From positions 160,001 through 224,000 of the forward strand of contig JBJMOW010000005.1 in NCBI GenBank assembly GCA_045803545.1: a DNA stretch of 64,000 nucleotides, in the 5' to 3' direction. Source of the DNA: Gemmatimonadaceae bacterium. Lineage in GTDB: Bacteria > Gemmatimonadota > Gemmatimonadetes > Gemmatimonadales > Gemmatimonadaceae. The translations under genes were made by a program, and so were the position numbers. The notes beneath the pieces are model-generated. The model was not told the origin of the DNA, ran no database searches, and was given only the letters and a program-made list of their open reading frames with translations. Shown here piece by piece: positions 28,309 through 37,457 of this stretch (position 1 is the stretch's first letter; every line of letters begins with the position of its first letter).

Positions 28309-30207
28309 ATGGCAGAACCCGCAACCGGATTCGAACGCGACTTTGAGCAAGCCGCGTATTCGCCCGTGCCGTCCACCCCCGTAACCCCCTCCGACAGCCG
28401 CGCCGGCGAGCCAACCGATTCCGCGCAAGCGGAGCTCGCTTCGTTGATTCGACTTGGTACGATCAAGCAGGATGCCGGAAGCTTCGCTGAGGCTCAGGAT
28501 TGCTTCCGTCGCGCTCTCGATGTCGGCGACCGCATGTTCGGGCCCGATAACCCCGATTTGATCATACTGCTGAACGACGTTACGCGACTTTACCTCAAAC
28601 AATCCGCGTATACCTCGGCGGAGCCGCTACTCCTCCGGTTACTGGAGTTCAAGCGGAGCAAAGGTGAGGATCACCCCGAAGTTGCAACCGTTCTCGCGAG
28701 TCTTGCAACAGTGCGCCAAGGACTCGGCATGCATGAATCTGCCGAGCAACTGTGGCGCAAAGTGGTGGACATCCGCGAGCGCACGCTTGCGCCAAATCAC
28801 TTGGCCACCGCCAGCGCGCTCGAGCACCTCGGGGATGCGTGCGCCGCGCGAGGGAAAATCCGCGAAGCTCTGTCGGCTTTCCAGCATGCGCTGACGATCC
28901 GCGAGAAGACCCTCGGCGAGGAACACCCGAGTTTGCGTGTGGCTCGCGAGCGCATCGCCGATCTACAGCTCCAGGCATCCGACGACATGCTCGACTCAAC
29001 GTCGTTCGGCGATACGCCATCAACGCCAGACCGCTACCGTCTACTGTCCGGTGGGATCAGTGCCGATGTATCCGCGAGCCGGTTTCCTCCGCCCCTGACA
29101 TCGACGGCGGCACCGCCGACAAGAATGACTGCGCAAGTTGCTGCCAGGCCTTCGCCGATCACCGATTCGAAGCCGTCGCGCGGAAAGAAATCGGCCTCAT
29201 TGATGATTCCTCGGGGCTACATGCCTCCAGCCGCCCCCGCGATCGATGTCGAGAGGGATGACGACCGCGCTGAGCCGGTGAGAGTCGCGATGCCCTCAAT
29301 CGATCGGGCTTCGCAAAATGATGACGGTGAAGCCTCGTTGAAAACTGCAAATGCTTCTTACCGCGACGCGCTCGAAAGCCTTCGCCAAGAGCTCGATGGT
29401 GGACTTGCCGGGGAAACCATCGGCGAGCGCATAAGCCAAGTATTCGCGCCTGTGATGGCTTTCTTCGGCGCGCGGCAGGTAGTAGCCACAATCACGATTG
29501 TTGTACTGGGCCTGCTCGGAGTCGCGGTGGCCAGGGACAAGTATGCGTTTGGCGAAAGTGGCCAGCCGGTGGTGCAGATTGCGCCGACAGTTCCGTCGAG
29601 CGGGCTGGTCGCCACCGCGGCAGCCGAGCCGATTCCTACTCCGGTTTCTAATGGGTCGAACGCCGAGCGTAGTTCGGCAAAAGCCGTCAAGCCCCGCGTG
29701 GTAGAAGAACGCAGCCCGGCGCGGAAAGCCGCGGAGAAAAAGCCGGAGGCGCCGGCACGTGTGTCGATCCCGAGGCTTTCAACGGCTGTTTTGTCCGACC
29801 TCGACTCGATAGCAGCCAAAGCAGCAGCGGTCGGCAACCACACCAGGGATCCGGTCAACGTTCAGACCAATCTGCCCGCCATGAGCCAGCGTCGGCCAAC
29901 GTTCGATGACGATCAGGCCAATGCGCCTCAGCGCGCGCGCTTGATTGGCGAGTTGCCGGCACCGAAAGTTCCGGCACAGGTTGCCGATGTGGAAGGAGAG
30001 GTTCGCGTTCGCTTTAATGTCGATTCGCTTGGCCGCCCCGTTCTGGAAAGCTTTGCGGTGGTCAGCTCCCCGAATCCTTTGCTGACAGCTGCGGTGCGCA
30101 AAGTCATTCCGACGATGCGGTTCGAGCCGGCTAAAACGGCCGGCCCGGAGGTAAGAAGCATCGGCGACATCGTTCAAATCGGTTTTCAGTTTACCCGATC
30201 GAGATAA
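28309..30207 (+). CDS. TPR-repeat / TM / TonB C-terminal domain protein
   Basis: Kinesin-light-chain-like TPRs (GPDNPD, GEDHPEVA, APNHL, GEEHP), one TM helix, Pro/Ala-rich linker, C-terminal VEGEVRVRFNVD..G...MRFEPAK. Confidence 0.82.
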   Translation: MAEPATGFERDFEQAAYSPVPSTPVTPSDSRAGEPTDSAQAELASLIRLGTIKQDAGSFAEAQDCFRRALDVGDRMFGPDNPDLIILLNDVTRLYLKQSAYTSAEPLLLRLLEFKRSKGEDHPEVATVLASLATVRQGLGMHESAEQLWRKVVDIRERTLAPNHLATASALEHLGDACAARGKIREALSAFQHALTIREKTLGEEHPSLRVARERIADLQLQASDDMLDSTSFGDTPSTPDRYRLLSGGISADVSASRFPPPLTSTAAPPTRMTAQVAARPSPITDSKPSRGKKSASLMIPRGYMPPAAPAIDVERDDDRAEPVRVAMPSIDRASQNDDGEASLKTANASYRDALESLRQELDGGLAGETIGERISQVFAPVMAFFGARQVVATITIVVLGLLGVAVARDKYAFGESGQPVVQIAPTVPSSGLVATAAAEPIPTPVSNGSNAERSSAKAVKPRVVEERSPARKAAEKKPEAPARVSIPRLSTAVLSDLDSIAAKAAAVGNHTRDPVNVQTNLPAMSQRRPTFDDDQANAPQRARLIGELPAPKVPAQVADVEGEVRVRFNVDSLGRPVLESFAVVSSPNPLLTAAVRKVIPTMRFEPAKTAGPEVRSIGDIVQIGFQFTRSR

Positions 30208-30234
30208 CCGACCGATCTCGTACCGGGTGGGACG

Positions 30235-30265
30235 AAAAGGCTGGCTCGAAAGAGTTAGCCTTTTT
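30235..30265. terminator. Bidirectional intrinsic terminator
   Basis: AAAAGGCTGGCTC-GAAA-GAGTTAGCCTTTTT between convergent genes. Confidence 0.85.
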
Positions 30266-30288
30266 GTTATTTAGAACAACTGCGTGTG

Positions 30289-31578
30289 CTATCGCGCGCC
30301 AGTCCGTCGCGCGCGATCGGCCTGCATCACGCATGCGAAGAGTGCGTGACGCGACCCCAGCGAATGGATCTGCTTGAGGCAGCCGTCGTCCGTCGCTGAC
30401 AGCAGTTCTGCGTGATTCGCGATTGGCGAACTAACGTTCGAGGATAAACGCGCATCGGCGAGTTGCTGCTTCGTGAGTTGCGACGACGGCACCCAAACCA
30501 TGGCGTGATTGACGCCGGTTGAGACGGATGCCCAGCCGACAACAGAACCACCGCTGTTAATTGCGAGGGCGACGCTTGGCTTCGGATCCTCAGGAGTCAG
30601 CCTCAGAATCCCACCGCTTGCCGGCCACAGCGTAGCGACAATTGAACGAGATGTCGGCTCGAGTGCAGCGCCGACCGTATTTCCACCCGCGTTTACGCCG
30701 GCCGCGTACGCGTAGGTTGCCGACGGGTAATTGCCTAAAATCGTAAACCCGGTCGTTGCGGTCCACCGATATGCTACGACTACGCCTGATCCATCCAGCC
30801 AACCCACGACCGTGCCTGCTTCGTTCAGCGCGAGCCCAGTCACACTCGCTTCCGAATTATTGTTCGGTACGCCGAGCGGCTGGAATCCTGAATCCCTGCT
30901 CCATAGGTACGTCCGCCAGCACTGAGCGCTCCGCGTGCAAGTTGGCGCACGCGCGGTGAGCAGAGCGACGCCGTCGGGCGTTATTGCGCTCGCGCTGCCC
31001 TCATTGCTCGTCACCTGACCGGCGCTGGTTAAATCTGACTTTCCGTCGTGCGCGGACCAGATCCAGGCGTGCTGCCCGAGATCGCCGCCTGAGTCAAAAC
31101 CAACTACCTCACCTCGGTCATTGAAGCCTTGAGGGAAGGTGGAACTGGCCGACGGTATAAGAGGGACCGGCAATACCGAAATTGATCCCGAGGCGGACCA
31201 AACGACTGCGTCGCGCCCGCTCATGCCAAGTATTTGAGAATCCGTGCCGACCGTGCCATCAAGGATTGCCACGGCTTGGCTGCTCTGCTGCCCTGGCAAC
31301 GTGCCTAGATCGACCATTCCGGCGCCCGGAGTCCAACGGAACGCATGCGTGTCTCCACCCTTAGTTTCGGACCAGCCGACCACGACACCACTGCTGTTGA
31401 TCGCTGCAGCATAGCTCGAGCTTCCACCGAGGGTACCAAGATCAAGTCGGGTATAGCTTGTCACCGCAGATCGGGGCGAGGCATCCGTAACCGGCCCGTT
31501 CAGATTGGTCACCCCGTCCGACTGACTACAGGCGCTGATAGCGAAAGCGGTTGCCGCAACACAAGCTACGCGAAACAC
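30289..31578 (-). CDS. HAF-family extracellular repeat (beta-propeller-like) lipoprotein
   Basis: Repeats of DLGTLGG..S.A.AIN..G.VVG.S...HAF.W; lipobox-like ISAC. Confidence 0.87.
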   Translation of the reverse strand: MFRVACVAATAFAISACSQSDGVTNLNGPVTDASPRSAVTSYTRLDLGTLGGSSSYAAAINSSGVVVGWSETKGGDTHAFRWTPGAGMVDLGTLPGQQSSQAVAILDGTVGTDSQILGMSGRDAVVWSASGSISVLPVPLIPSASSTFPQGFNDRGEVVGFDSGGDLGQHAWIWSAHDGKSDLTSAGQVTSNEGSASAITPDGVALLTARAPTCTRSAQCWRTYLWSRDSGFQPLGVPNNNSEASVTGLALNEAGTVVGWLDGSGVVVAYRWTATTGFTILGNYPSATYAYAAGVNAGGNTVGAALEPTSRSIVATLWPASGGILRLTPEDPKPSVALAINSGGSVVGWASVSTGVNHAMVWVPSSQLTKQQLADARLSSNVSSPIANHAELLSATDDGCLKQIHSLGSRHALFACVMQADRARRTGAR

Positions 31579-31755
31579 AGGTGCTCACTGTTTGAATGAA
31601 GCCGGGGAGGGCAAATCGTACTCCCGCGCGCACTGAGCGTAATGAGGGACAAGGTAAAGCGCGTCGGAAAAAGCGTGGCGTCGGGAGCACAATCCTGTTG
31701 CCTTCCGGCGCGCGGAGGAGAGTAGCTGCACGGATTGTTGGTTGATCGGGGGCAT

Positions 31756-31792
31756 AAAAAAAGCCCCGACCTTTTCGGGGCCGGGCTTTTTT
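31756..31792 (-). terminator. Intrinsic terminator of tmRNA
   Basis: Minus strand GCCCCGA-AAAGG-TCGGGGC followed by T7, immediately after the ssrA 3' end. Confidence 0.88.
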
Positions 31793-31797
31793 ATTAG

Positions 31798-32155
31798 TGG
31801 AGGCGCGGGGATTCGAACCCCGGTCCGAGACAAGATCGACCACAGCGTCTACGTGCGTGTTCCACCGATTGAGGTCTCCAGCCGCTGGCCAGTGGACAGC
31901 CCACTTCTGGACAAGTCTTCTAAGATTTCGCCGACTGACGGAAGACGCATCAGCCGACTATCCCGAATTTTCGATACCCTTAAAGCCGCCTCAGGAGGGC
32001 TTCTCTAAGGGCAGGTGCAGCAACTCCGAAGAGTTACGCAGCCAGGGCCAAGTTGTTGTTGGCGTTTGAAAATATTCCCAGAGGTTTTACCAGGATCCGA
32101 GAGACCTGGGCACGCGGCCACAGCTTCACTAACCCCGTCGAAGCCAGTCGCCCCC
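31798..32155 (-). ncRNA. ssrA: tmRNA; tag peptide ANNNLALAA* at 32063-32034; 3' CCA not encoded
   Basis: 5' GGGGGCGACTGGCTTCGAC and 3' CCGGGGTTCGAATCCCCGCGCCTCCA (T-arm; acceptor stem with G3:U wobble); internal tag ORF ending LAA. Confidence 0.96.
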
Positions 32156-32163
32156 GTTCAACA

Positions 32164-32192
32164 AGTATACAATTTTGAGGCGTCAAAGTCAA
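32164..32192 (-). promoter_or_regulatory. Sigma70 promoter of ssrA (TTGACT-N17-TATACT)
   Basis: Near-consensus hexamers with a 17-bp spacer; the -10 ends 8 nt before the mature 5' end. Confidence 0.85.
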
Positions 32193-32267
32193 CGCATTCC
32201 AACTTACCAATCTACTTCAGTGTGACTCCGTAACCAGTTGCCACCCGCAGCCTTACGAACTCTTCTT

Positions 32268-33305
32268 TTACGCCGCTTCTGGAGTGGCCAAGGCTGCGTC
32301 GCCCTCGTCCGCACCAAGGCCAAGATCGTGACGGGTCGGGTTGGCCAAGTACTCGGCGAAGACGTCTTCGACCTCCGAGAGACTCAGCACAGCGTGGAGT
32401 TTCCGACGCAGTTCCGCTGATCCTGGAACGCCTTTGACGTACCAGCCGAGGTGCTTTCGAAATTCGATCGCAGCGCCGCGGGGATCCGCTTCGTACGCTT
32501 CGGCCATGCGCGCATGCTCCAGAGCGATCTCGAATCGGCGCTCGATCGGCGGAGGCTCCGGCTTCGCCTTCCCCTCCAGCAGCGCCCTGGTTTGATCGAA
32601 AATCCATGGCTGACCGAAGGAGCCGCGCGCGATCATCACCGCCGCGCATCGCGTTTCGCGCTGCATGCGCACAGCATCTTCGGCGGTTTTGATGTCGCCG
32701 TTGCCGATCACCGGAATCTCGAGCGCCCGTACTACCGCGGCGATCTCTTGCCACCGCGCGTTGCCGCTGTACATCTGGGTGCGGGTGCGCGGGTGCAGGG
32801 CCAGTGCCTTGGCGCCGGCGTCCTGGCAGCGGAGCGCGATTGCGACCGGATCGCGCATCTCTTCGTTCCAGCCACTGCGGATTTTCACGGTGACCGGCAG
32901 ATGCGTACCAGCTGACACGGACTTGATCACGGATTCGACGAGATTCAAATCCTTCAGGCATCCTGATCCGCCGTTTCGTTTGACGACTTTCTTGACCGGG
33001 CAGCCGAAGTTGATGTCGATGAATTCCGGGCGGAATACATCGGTCACCAGCCGCGCGGCCTCGCCCATTGCGATCGGATCAGCGCCAAAAATCTGGACAC
33101 CGATCGGTCGTTCGTCGCTCCCAAAGCGAAGCTTGTCGAGGGTCGCCTGATTCTCGCGGCGGATGCCCTCCGCCGAGAGAAATTCCGTAACGACTACATC
33201 GGCGCCAAAGCGGCGGCAGAGTCTCCTGAATGGAGACTCCGATACGCCTGCCATCGGGGCCAGGTAGAGTGGGATGTCGTCACGAACAGCGAATGGAAAA
33301 CGCAT
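32268..33305 (-). CDS. dusB: tRNA-dihydrouridine synthase B
   Basis: LAPMAG, DINFGCP, TVKIRSGW, H.RTR.QMY, GNGDI motifs. Confidence 0.93.
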   Translation of the reverse strand: MRFPFAVRDDIPLYLAPMAGVSESPFRRLCRRFGADVVVTEFLSAEGIRRENQATLDKLRFGSDERPIGVQIFGADPIAMGEAARLVTDVFRPEFIDINFGCPVKKVVKRNGGSGCLKDLNLVESVIKSVSAGTHLPVTVKIRSGWNEEMRDPVAIALRCQDAGAKALALHPRTRTQMYSGNARWQEIAAVVRALEIPVIGNGDIKTAEDAVRMQRETRCAAVMIARGSFGQPWIFDQTRALLEGKAKPEPPPIERRFEIALEHARMAEAYEADPRGAAIEFRKHLGWYVKGVPGSAELRRKLHAVLSLSEVEDVFAEYLANPTRHDLGLGADEGDAALATPEAA

Positions 33306-33311
33306 ACGTAC

Positions 33312-33379
33312 AAGTTAAGCGAGACCGCCAAGTGCTTGCAACATAGTGGTTTGACTCTCGCATCCGTCGCGGGTAACTT
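33312..33379. promoter_or_regulatory. Divergent promoters: dusB (minus, TTGCAA-N18-TAACTT) and PTS IIA (plus, TTGACT-N17-TAACTT)
   Basis: Plus-strand hexamers at 33351-33356 and 33374-33379; minus-strand hexamers at 33341-33336 and 33317-33312. Confidence 0.65.
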
Positions 33380-33415
33380 CCGTGCTCCTTTCGCACGACA
33401 TCTCGACGGGGAGTC

Positions 33416-33868
33416 ATGGAACTACGCGATTTTTTTTCTGAAGACGCGATCAAGCTCGAGCTCGAAGGCAACACCAAGGATGAAATACTCAAAGAGCTGA
33501 TCGATCTGCTGGGCCTCGACGACAAATCGGAAGGAATGCTGTTCAAGATGCTGAAGCGGCGGGAGAATCTGGGGTCGACGGGCATAGGGCGCGGGATCGC
33601 GATCCCCCACTGTCGCTCACTCGTGGTGTCCAAGCTGCGCGTGGCGTTCGGTCGAAAGAGTCAGGGCGTCGACTTCAAAGCCATCGACGAAAAGCCAGTC
33701 TTTTTCTTTTTTCTGATCGTCGCGCCGCCGCTCGAAGTCTCCAACCAATACCTGCCCGTACTCGGCAAAATCGCGCAATTCTCAAAGGAAGCCGACGTAC
33801 CGGAGCGGCTGTTGAAGCTGAAGGAGCCCAGAGAGTTTATGCAGCTGCTCGAGGAGAAATCGCTGTAG
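33416..33868 (+). CDS. Stand-alone PTS EIIA (Ntr/fructose-type) protein
   Basis: RRENLGSTGIGRGIAIPH with the phospho-His; DFKAID.KPV. Confidence 0.92.
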   Translation: MELRDFFSEDAIKLELEGNTKDEILKELIDLLGLDDKSEGMLFKMLKRRENLGSTGIGRGIAIPHCRSLVVSKLRVAFGRKSQGVDFKAIDEKPVFFFFLIVAPPLEVSNQYLPVLGKIAQFSKEADVPERLLKLKEPREFMQLLEEKSL

Positions 33869-34080
33869 CTGCGGACTGAGGACTGAGGACTTCAAAAGCG
33901 AACTACCGCGCTATTAGCTGATAGCAGCTAGCTGATAGCTATTCGCCGCCTGCGACGGGACAGACCTCCGTCGCATTGCACCAACAACTTGCTTTTCCTC
34001 TGCATGGTCGCGATCTGTCTTGGCTGCAGGCAGCCATCAGCTAACAGCGTGCTGCTACCAGCTACCAGCGCGTTCAGTTG
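33866..34080. repeat. Imperfect palindromic element with heptamer-built arms and a central hairpin
   Basis: (GACTGAG)2.5 at the left; arms 33907-33940 and 34032-34072 are imperfect reverse complements; hairpin TGCGACGG/CCGTCGCA at 33951-33975. Confidence 0.7.
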
Positions 34081-34099
34081 CTCTTGGAATCCGCTGCCA

Positions 34100-35644
34100 T
34101 TACTCCCATTCGATCGTGGCCGGCGGCTTTGACGACACGTCGTACACCACTCGATTGATCCCTTTCACCTGGTTACTGATGCGGGACGAGATCCGCGCGA
34201 GGACGTCGTGCGGAAATGGAAACCAGTCTGCGGTCATCCCATCAGTGCTGGTCACAGCGCGTAAGCCGAGTACGTGCTCGTAGGTCCGCTCATCGCCCAT
34301 CACACCGACGCTTCGCACCGGTAACAGAACCGAGAACGCCTGCCAGATGTCGTCGTAGAGACCGGCGTCGCGAATCTCCTCGATGTAAATGGCATCAGCG
34401 GCACGCAAGAGATCGAGCTTCTCTTTGGTGACGTCGCTCAGCACGCGAATGGCGAGGCCCGGCCCCGGAAATGGATGACGCCCGACCATTTCCTCCGGCA
34501 ATCCAAGCTCGCGTCCGACGTTCCGAACTTCGTCCTTGAACAGTTCTCGCAACGGCTCGATCAGCTTGAACTTCATGTCGGACTTGAGACCGCCGACGTT
34601 GTGATGCGTCTTGATTGTCACCGACGGGCCGCCACGCGGGGAGAATGACTCGATTACGTCAGGATAGAGAGTTCCCTGCACCAGGTATTCGACGTCGTCG
34701 CCAACATCAGCGGCTGCTTCCTCGAACACGTCGATGAAGGTGTGGCCGATGATCTTTCTCTTCTTCTCCGGATCTTCCACTCCGGCAAGCGCGGTCAGGA
34801 ACCGCTGCTCGGCGTCGATGGTGACGAGCTTGATACCGAGATGTGCGTTGAACGTCCGCTCCACCTGCCCTCGCTCGTGCAATCTGAGTAAGCCGGTGTC
34901 GACGAAAATGCAGGTGAGCTGATCTCCAATCGCGCGATGAACGAGCGCAGCCGCAACCGACGAATCGACGCCGCCCGACAAACCGCAGATGACGCGCGCC
35001 TTGCCAACTTTCTCGCGAACGCGTTTGACTTCATCATCGATGAACGTACCTGCCGTCCAGCTCGGCTCCGCTTTGCAAACGCCAAACACGAAGTTGGAGA
35101 TGATCTCGCGGCCGCGAGGAGTGTGTGCCACCTCAGGGTGGAATTGCACCCCGTAGATCGGTCGCTCCTCGTGACGGAATCCGCTGATCGGATTGTAGGT
35201 GCTTTCAGCAGTTACGATGTAGCCTTTGGGCGGCTGCTCGATGTGATCGCCATGACTCATCCACGTGGTGACAGACTCACCCTTCGAGAATCCGGCGAAG
35301 AGCGCCTCAGGCTCCAGCACTTTCATCTCTGCTCGTCCATATTCACGACGGTTGGTGCGAATGACTTCACCGCCCTCAATGTGCGCGATCAGCTGCATCC
35401 CATAGCAGATGCCAAGGACGGGCGCGATGTCGAAGATCCTGGGGTCGGCCAGAGGCACGTTGTCGCCGTACACGGAGTTAGGTCCGCCGCTCAGAATGAT
35501 GCCGGTAGGTTTCCAATCCCGAATCCACTCGACGCTTCGGCTGGGCGGGTGAATCTCGGAGTAAACGCGCGCTTCGCGCACACGGCGCGCGATCAGTTGC
35601 GTGAATTGTGAGCCGAAATCGATAATCAGGATCCGGCTGCTCAT
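34100..35644 (-). CDS. guaA: GMP synthase (glutamine-hydrolysing)
   Basis: [47 protein letters not shown]. Start reassigned to ATG at 35644. Confidence 0.98.
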   Translation of the reverse strand: MSSRILIIDFGSQFTQLIARRVREARVYSEIHPPSRSVEWIRDWKPTGIILSGGPNSVYGDNVPLADPRIFDIAPVLGICYGMQLIAHIEGGEVIRTNRREYGRAEMKVLEPEALFAGFSKGESVTTWMSHGDHIEQPPKGYIVTAESTYNPISGFRHEERPIYGVQFHPEVAHTPRGREIISNFVFGVCKAEPSWTAGTFIDDEVKRVREKVGKARVICGLSGGVDSSVAAALVHRAIGDQLTCIFVDTGLLRLHERGQVERTFNAHLGIKLVTIDAEQRFLTALAGVEDPEKKRKIIGHTFIDVFEEAAADVGDDVEYLVQGTLYPDVIESFSPRGGPSVTIKTHHNVGGLKSDMKFKLIEPLRELFKDEVRNVGRELGLPEEMVGRHPFPGPGLAIRVLSDVTKEKLDLLRAADAIYIEEIRDAGLYDDIWQAFSVLLPVRSVGVMGDERTYEHVLGLRAVTSTDGMTADWFPFPHDVLARISSRISNQVKGINRVVYDVSSKPPATIEWE

Positions 35645-36129
35645 AGAGTGATGTTTTCTACCTCCCCGGTTTCGGTATCCAGAATTCCCGCCGTGCACTT
35701 GCCATGAATCCAGCCGCATGCTTCGCCCGGATTTATCAACAGCGTAGTTCCTACCTTCTTCTGCCCCTGCAGGTGTGAACAGCCGTGAATCACCACGTCA
35801 TGGGAGTCAATGGAACGCGCGTTGACCTCACCGAGATCGTGGACGAGCAGGATGCGCTTACCAGCGACTTCAAAGCTGTGCGGCGATTCATAGATCTCTG
35901 TTCCCATCCCGCGCGCGGCATATGCGCTCAACGTTTCGCGGTCGCCATCATTGCGTCCAAAAACGCCGAGCAGCGCCATCCCACGCTGATGGAACGGCGC
36001 GAGGGAAAACGGTGAACAGTAATCACCGGCGTGCATAACCATCGCGACGCCCTTCGCCGCGAAGCGGTCGAGGAAATCAGCGATCGCCGGTACCCGGTCG
36101 TGTGTGTCCGCCATTACGCCGATTTTCAC
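35641..36129 (-). CDS. YfcE/MJ0936-like metallophosphoesterase
   Basis: ADTHD, HAGD, INPGE motifs; coupled to lysA and guaA by ATGA overlaps. Confidence 0.87.
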   Translation of the reverse strand: MKIGVMADTHDRVPAIADFLDRFAAKGVAMVMHAGDYCSPFSLAPFHQRGMALLGVFGRNDGDRETLSAYAARGMGTEIYESPHSFEVAGKRILLVHDLGEVNARSIDSHDVVIHGCSHLQGQKKVGTTLLINPGEACGWIHGKCTAGILDTETGEVENITL

Positions 36130-37457
36130 TCCACGCTCCTCCAGGAAGGCGCCGCTTCGTTACGCACCAGATCCTCGTACGATTCCCGACGGGTTACGAC
36201 CGCAAACTTGTCACCATCGACGAGGACTTCCGGCGGCTTGGGTCGGGAATTGTAATTCGAGGCCATCACGAATCCGTATGCTCCCGTCGATTGAACGACG
36301 AGGAGATCGCCCGGTTGTGCGTCATCGATCTGCCTGTCGAGCGCCAGAAAGTCTCCGCTCTCGCAAATCGGACCAACGACATCGGCGACGGTAGTACGCT
36401 CGTGAGGATGGACAGCCTCGATGCGGTGGAAAGCATTGTAGTGCGATGGTCGCAGCAGGTCGGTCATTCCCGCGTCGGTGATAATGAACTCTTTGCCACC
36501 ACTACGCTTTCTGTAGAGGACACGCGTGAGGAGTACACCAGCGTTGCCGACGAGAAATCGGCCGGGCTCGAGGATGATCTTGAGTCCGGACGCGCCGACC
36601 GTTGCTGAAATGACTTCACCGAACTGTTCGACATCAACCGCGCGCTCGGCGGCATCGTAAGTCACCGCCAGGCCCCCACCGATGTCGAGGTACTCCAGCT
36701 TAACGCTCGTCGCCTGCTCGATCTCGCGGCGGAGATGAAGCAGCCGCTGCAAGCCGACCTCATAAGGCGCGAACTGGGAGATCTGCGATCCGACGTGCAT
36801 GTCGAGTCCGACGAGGCGCAGATTCGGAAGGGTCGCTACGATCTTTGCGACTGCGAGCGCCTCATCGAATGGGATGCCGAACTTCATACCCTTTTCACCA
36901 GTCCGCGTGTAGGGATGGGGCGTCTCGACAAGCACTTCAGGATTCACCCGCAGAGCAATCCGCGCCTTGGTGCCCACGCGTGCGGCGACGGCGTCAAGCA
37001 CGTGAACTTCCTGCTCCGACTCGGCGTTGACGAAGAGCACGTCCGCGCGTAAAGCCTCTTCCATCTCGCGCCCAGTCTTGCCGACCCCGCTAAAGACAAT
37101 GTCCTTGCCGATAAAGCCAGCTTTGAGTGCGCGAAACAGCTCGCCCCCGGAGACGATGTCGACGCCGGCCCCCATCTCGCGCAGGAGCGACAGGATCGCA
37201 ATGCTCGAGTTCGCCTTCACACTGTAGTGGAGTCGAGCGTCCAGTGCGCCGAGTGACGAACGGAGCCGCGCATACTGATCTCTGATCGCAGCGGCGCTAT
37301 ACACGTAGGCGGGCGTGCCGACTTCCTGCGCGATCGCTTCGAGCGGAACTCTCTCGGAGCTCAGGCCCTCGGTCGAATCAATTCGTGTGTCGCTCTTTTT
37401 CTCTGTCGCGGTCCTTCTCTCCGGAATAGTTCGCTCGCCTAGTATGCCTTTGCCCAC
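36126..37457 (-). CDS. lysA: Diaminopimelate decarboxylase
   Basis: YSVKAN (PLP Lys), DIVSGGE, HVGSQ, DIGGG, EPGR, GPICESGD, SNYN. GTG start at 37457 with GAGG upstream. Confidence 0.95.
   Translation of the reverse strand: MGKGILGERTIPERRTATEKKSDTRIDSTEGLSSERVPLEAIAQEVGTPAYVYSAAAIRDQYARLRSSLGALDARLHYSVKANSSIAILSLLREMGAGVDIVSGGELFRALKAGFIGKDIVFSGVGKTGREMEEALRADVLFVNAESEQEVHVLDAVAARVGTKARIALRVNPEVLVETPHPYTRTGEKGMKFGIPFDEALAVAKIVATLPNLRLVGLDMHVGSQISQFAPYEVGLQRLLHLRREIEQATSVKLEYLDIGGGLAVTYDAAERAVDVEQFGEVISATVGASGLKIILEPGRFLVGNAGVLLTRVLYRKRSGGKEFIITDAGMTDLLRPSHYNAFHRIEAVHPHERTTVADVVGPICESGDFLALDRQIDDAQPGDLLVVQSTGAYGFVMASNYNSRPKPPEVLVDGDKFAVVTRRESYEDLVRNEAAPSWRSVE

Noticed and set aside
28310..28340. 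GGATTCGAAC match to the tmRNA T-loop as a possible att site or tRNA remnant
   Set aside because: Only 10 bp, no T-stem pairing, and it lies within the first codons of the TPR-TonB gene.
31742..32233. Short ORFs overlapping ssrA
   Set aside because: Incidental frames across the tmRNA gene, its promoter and its terminator.
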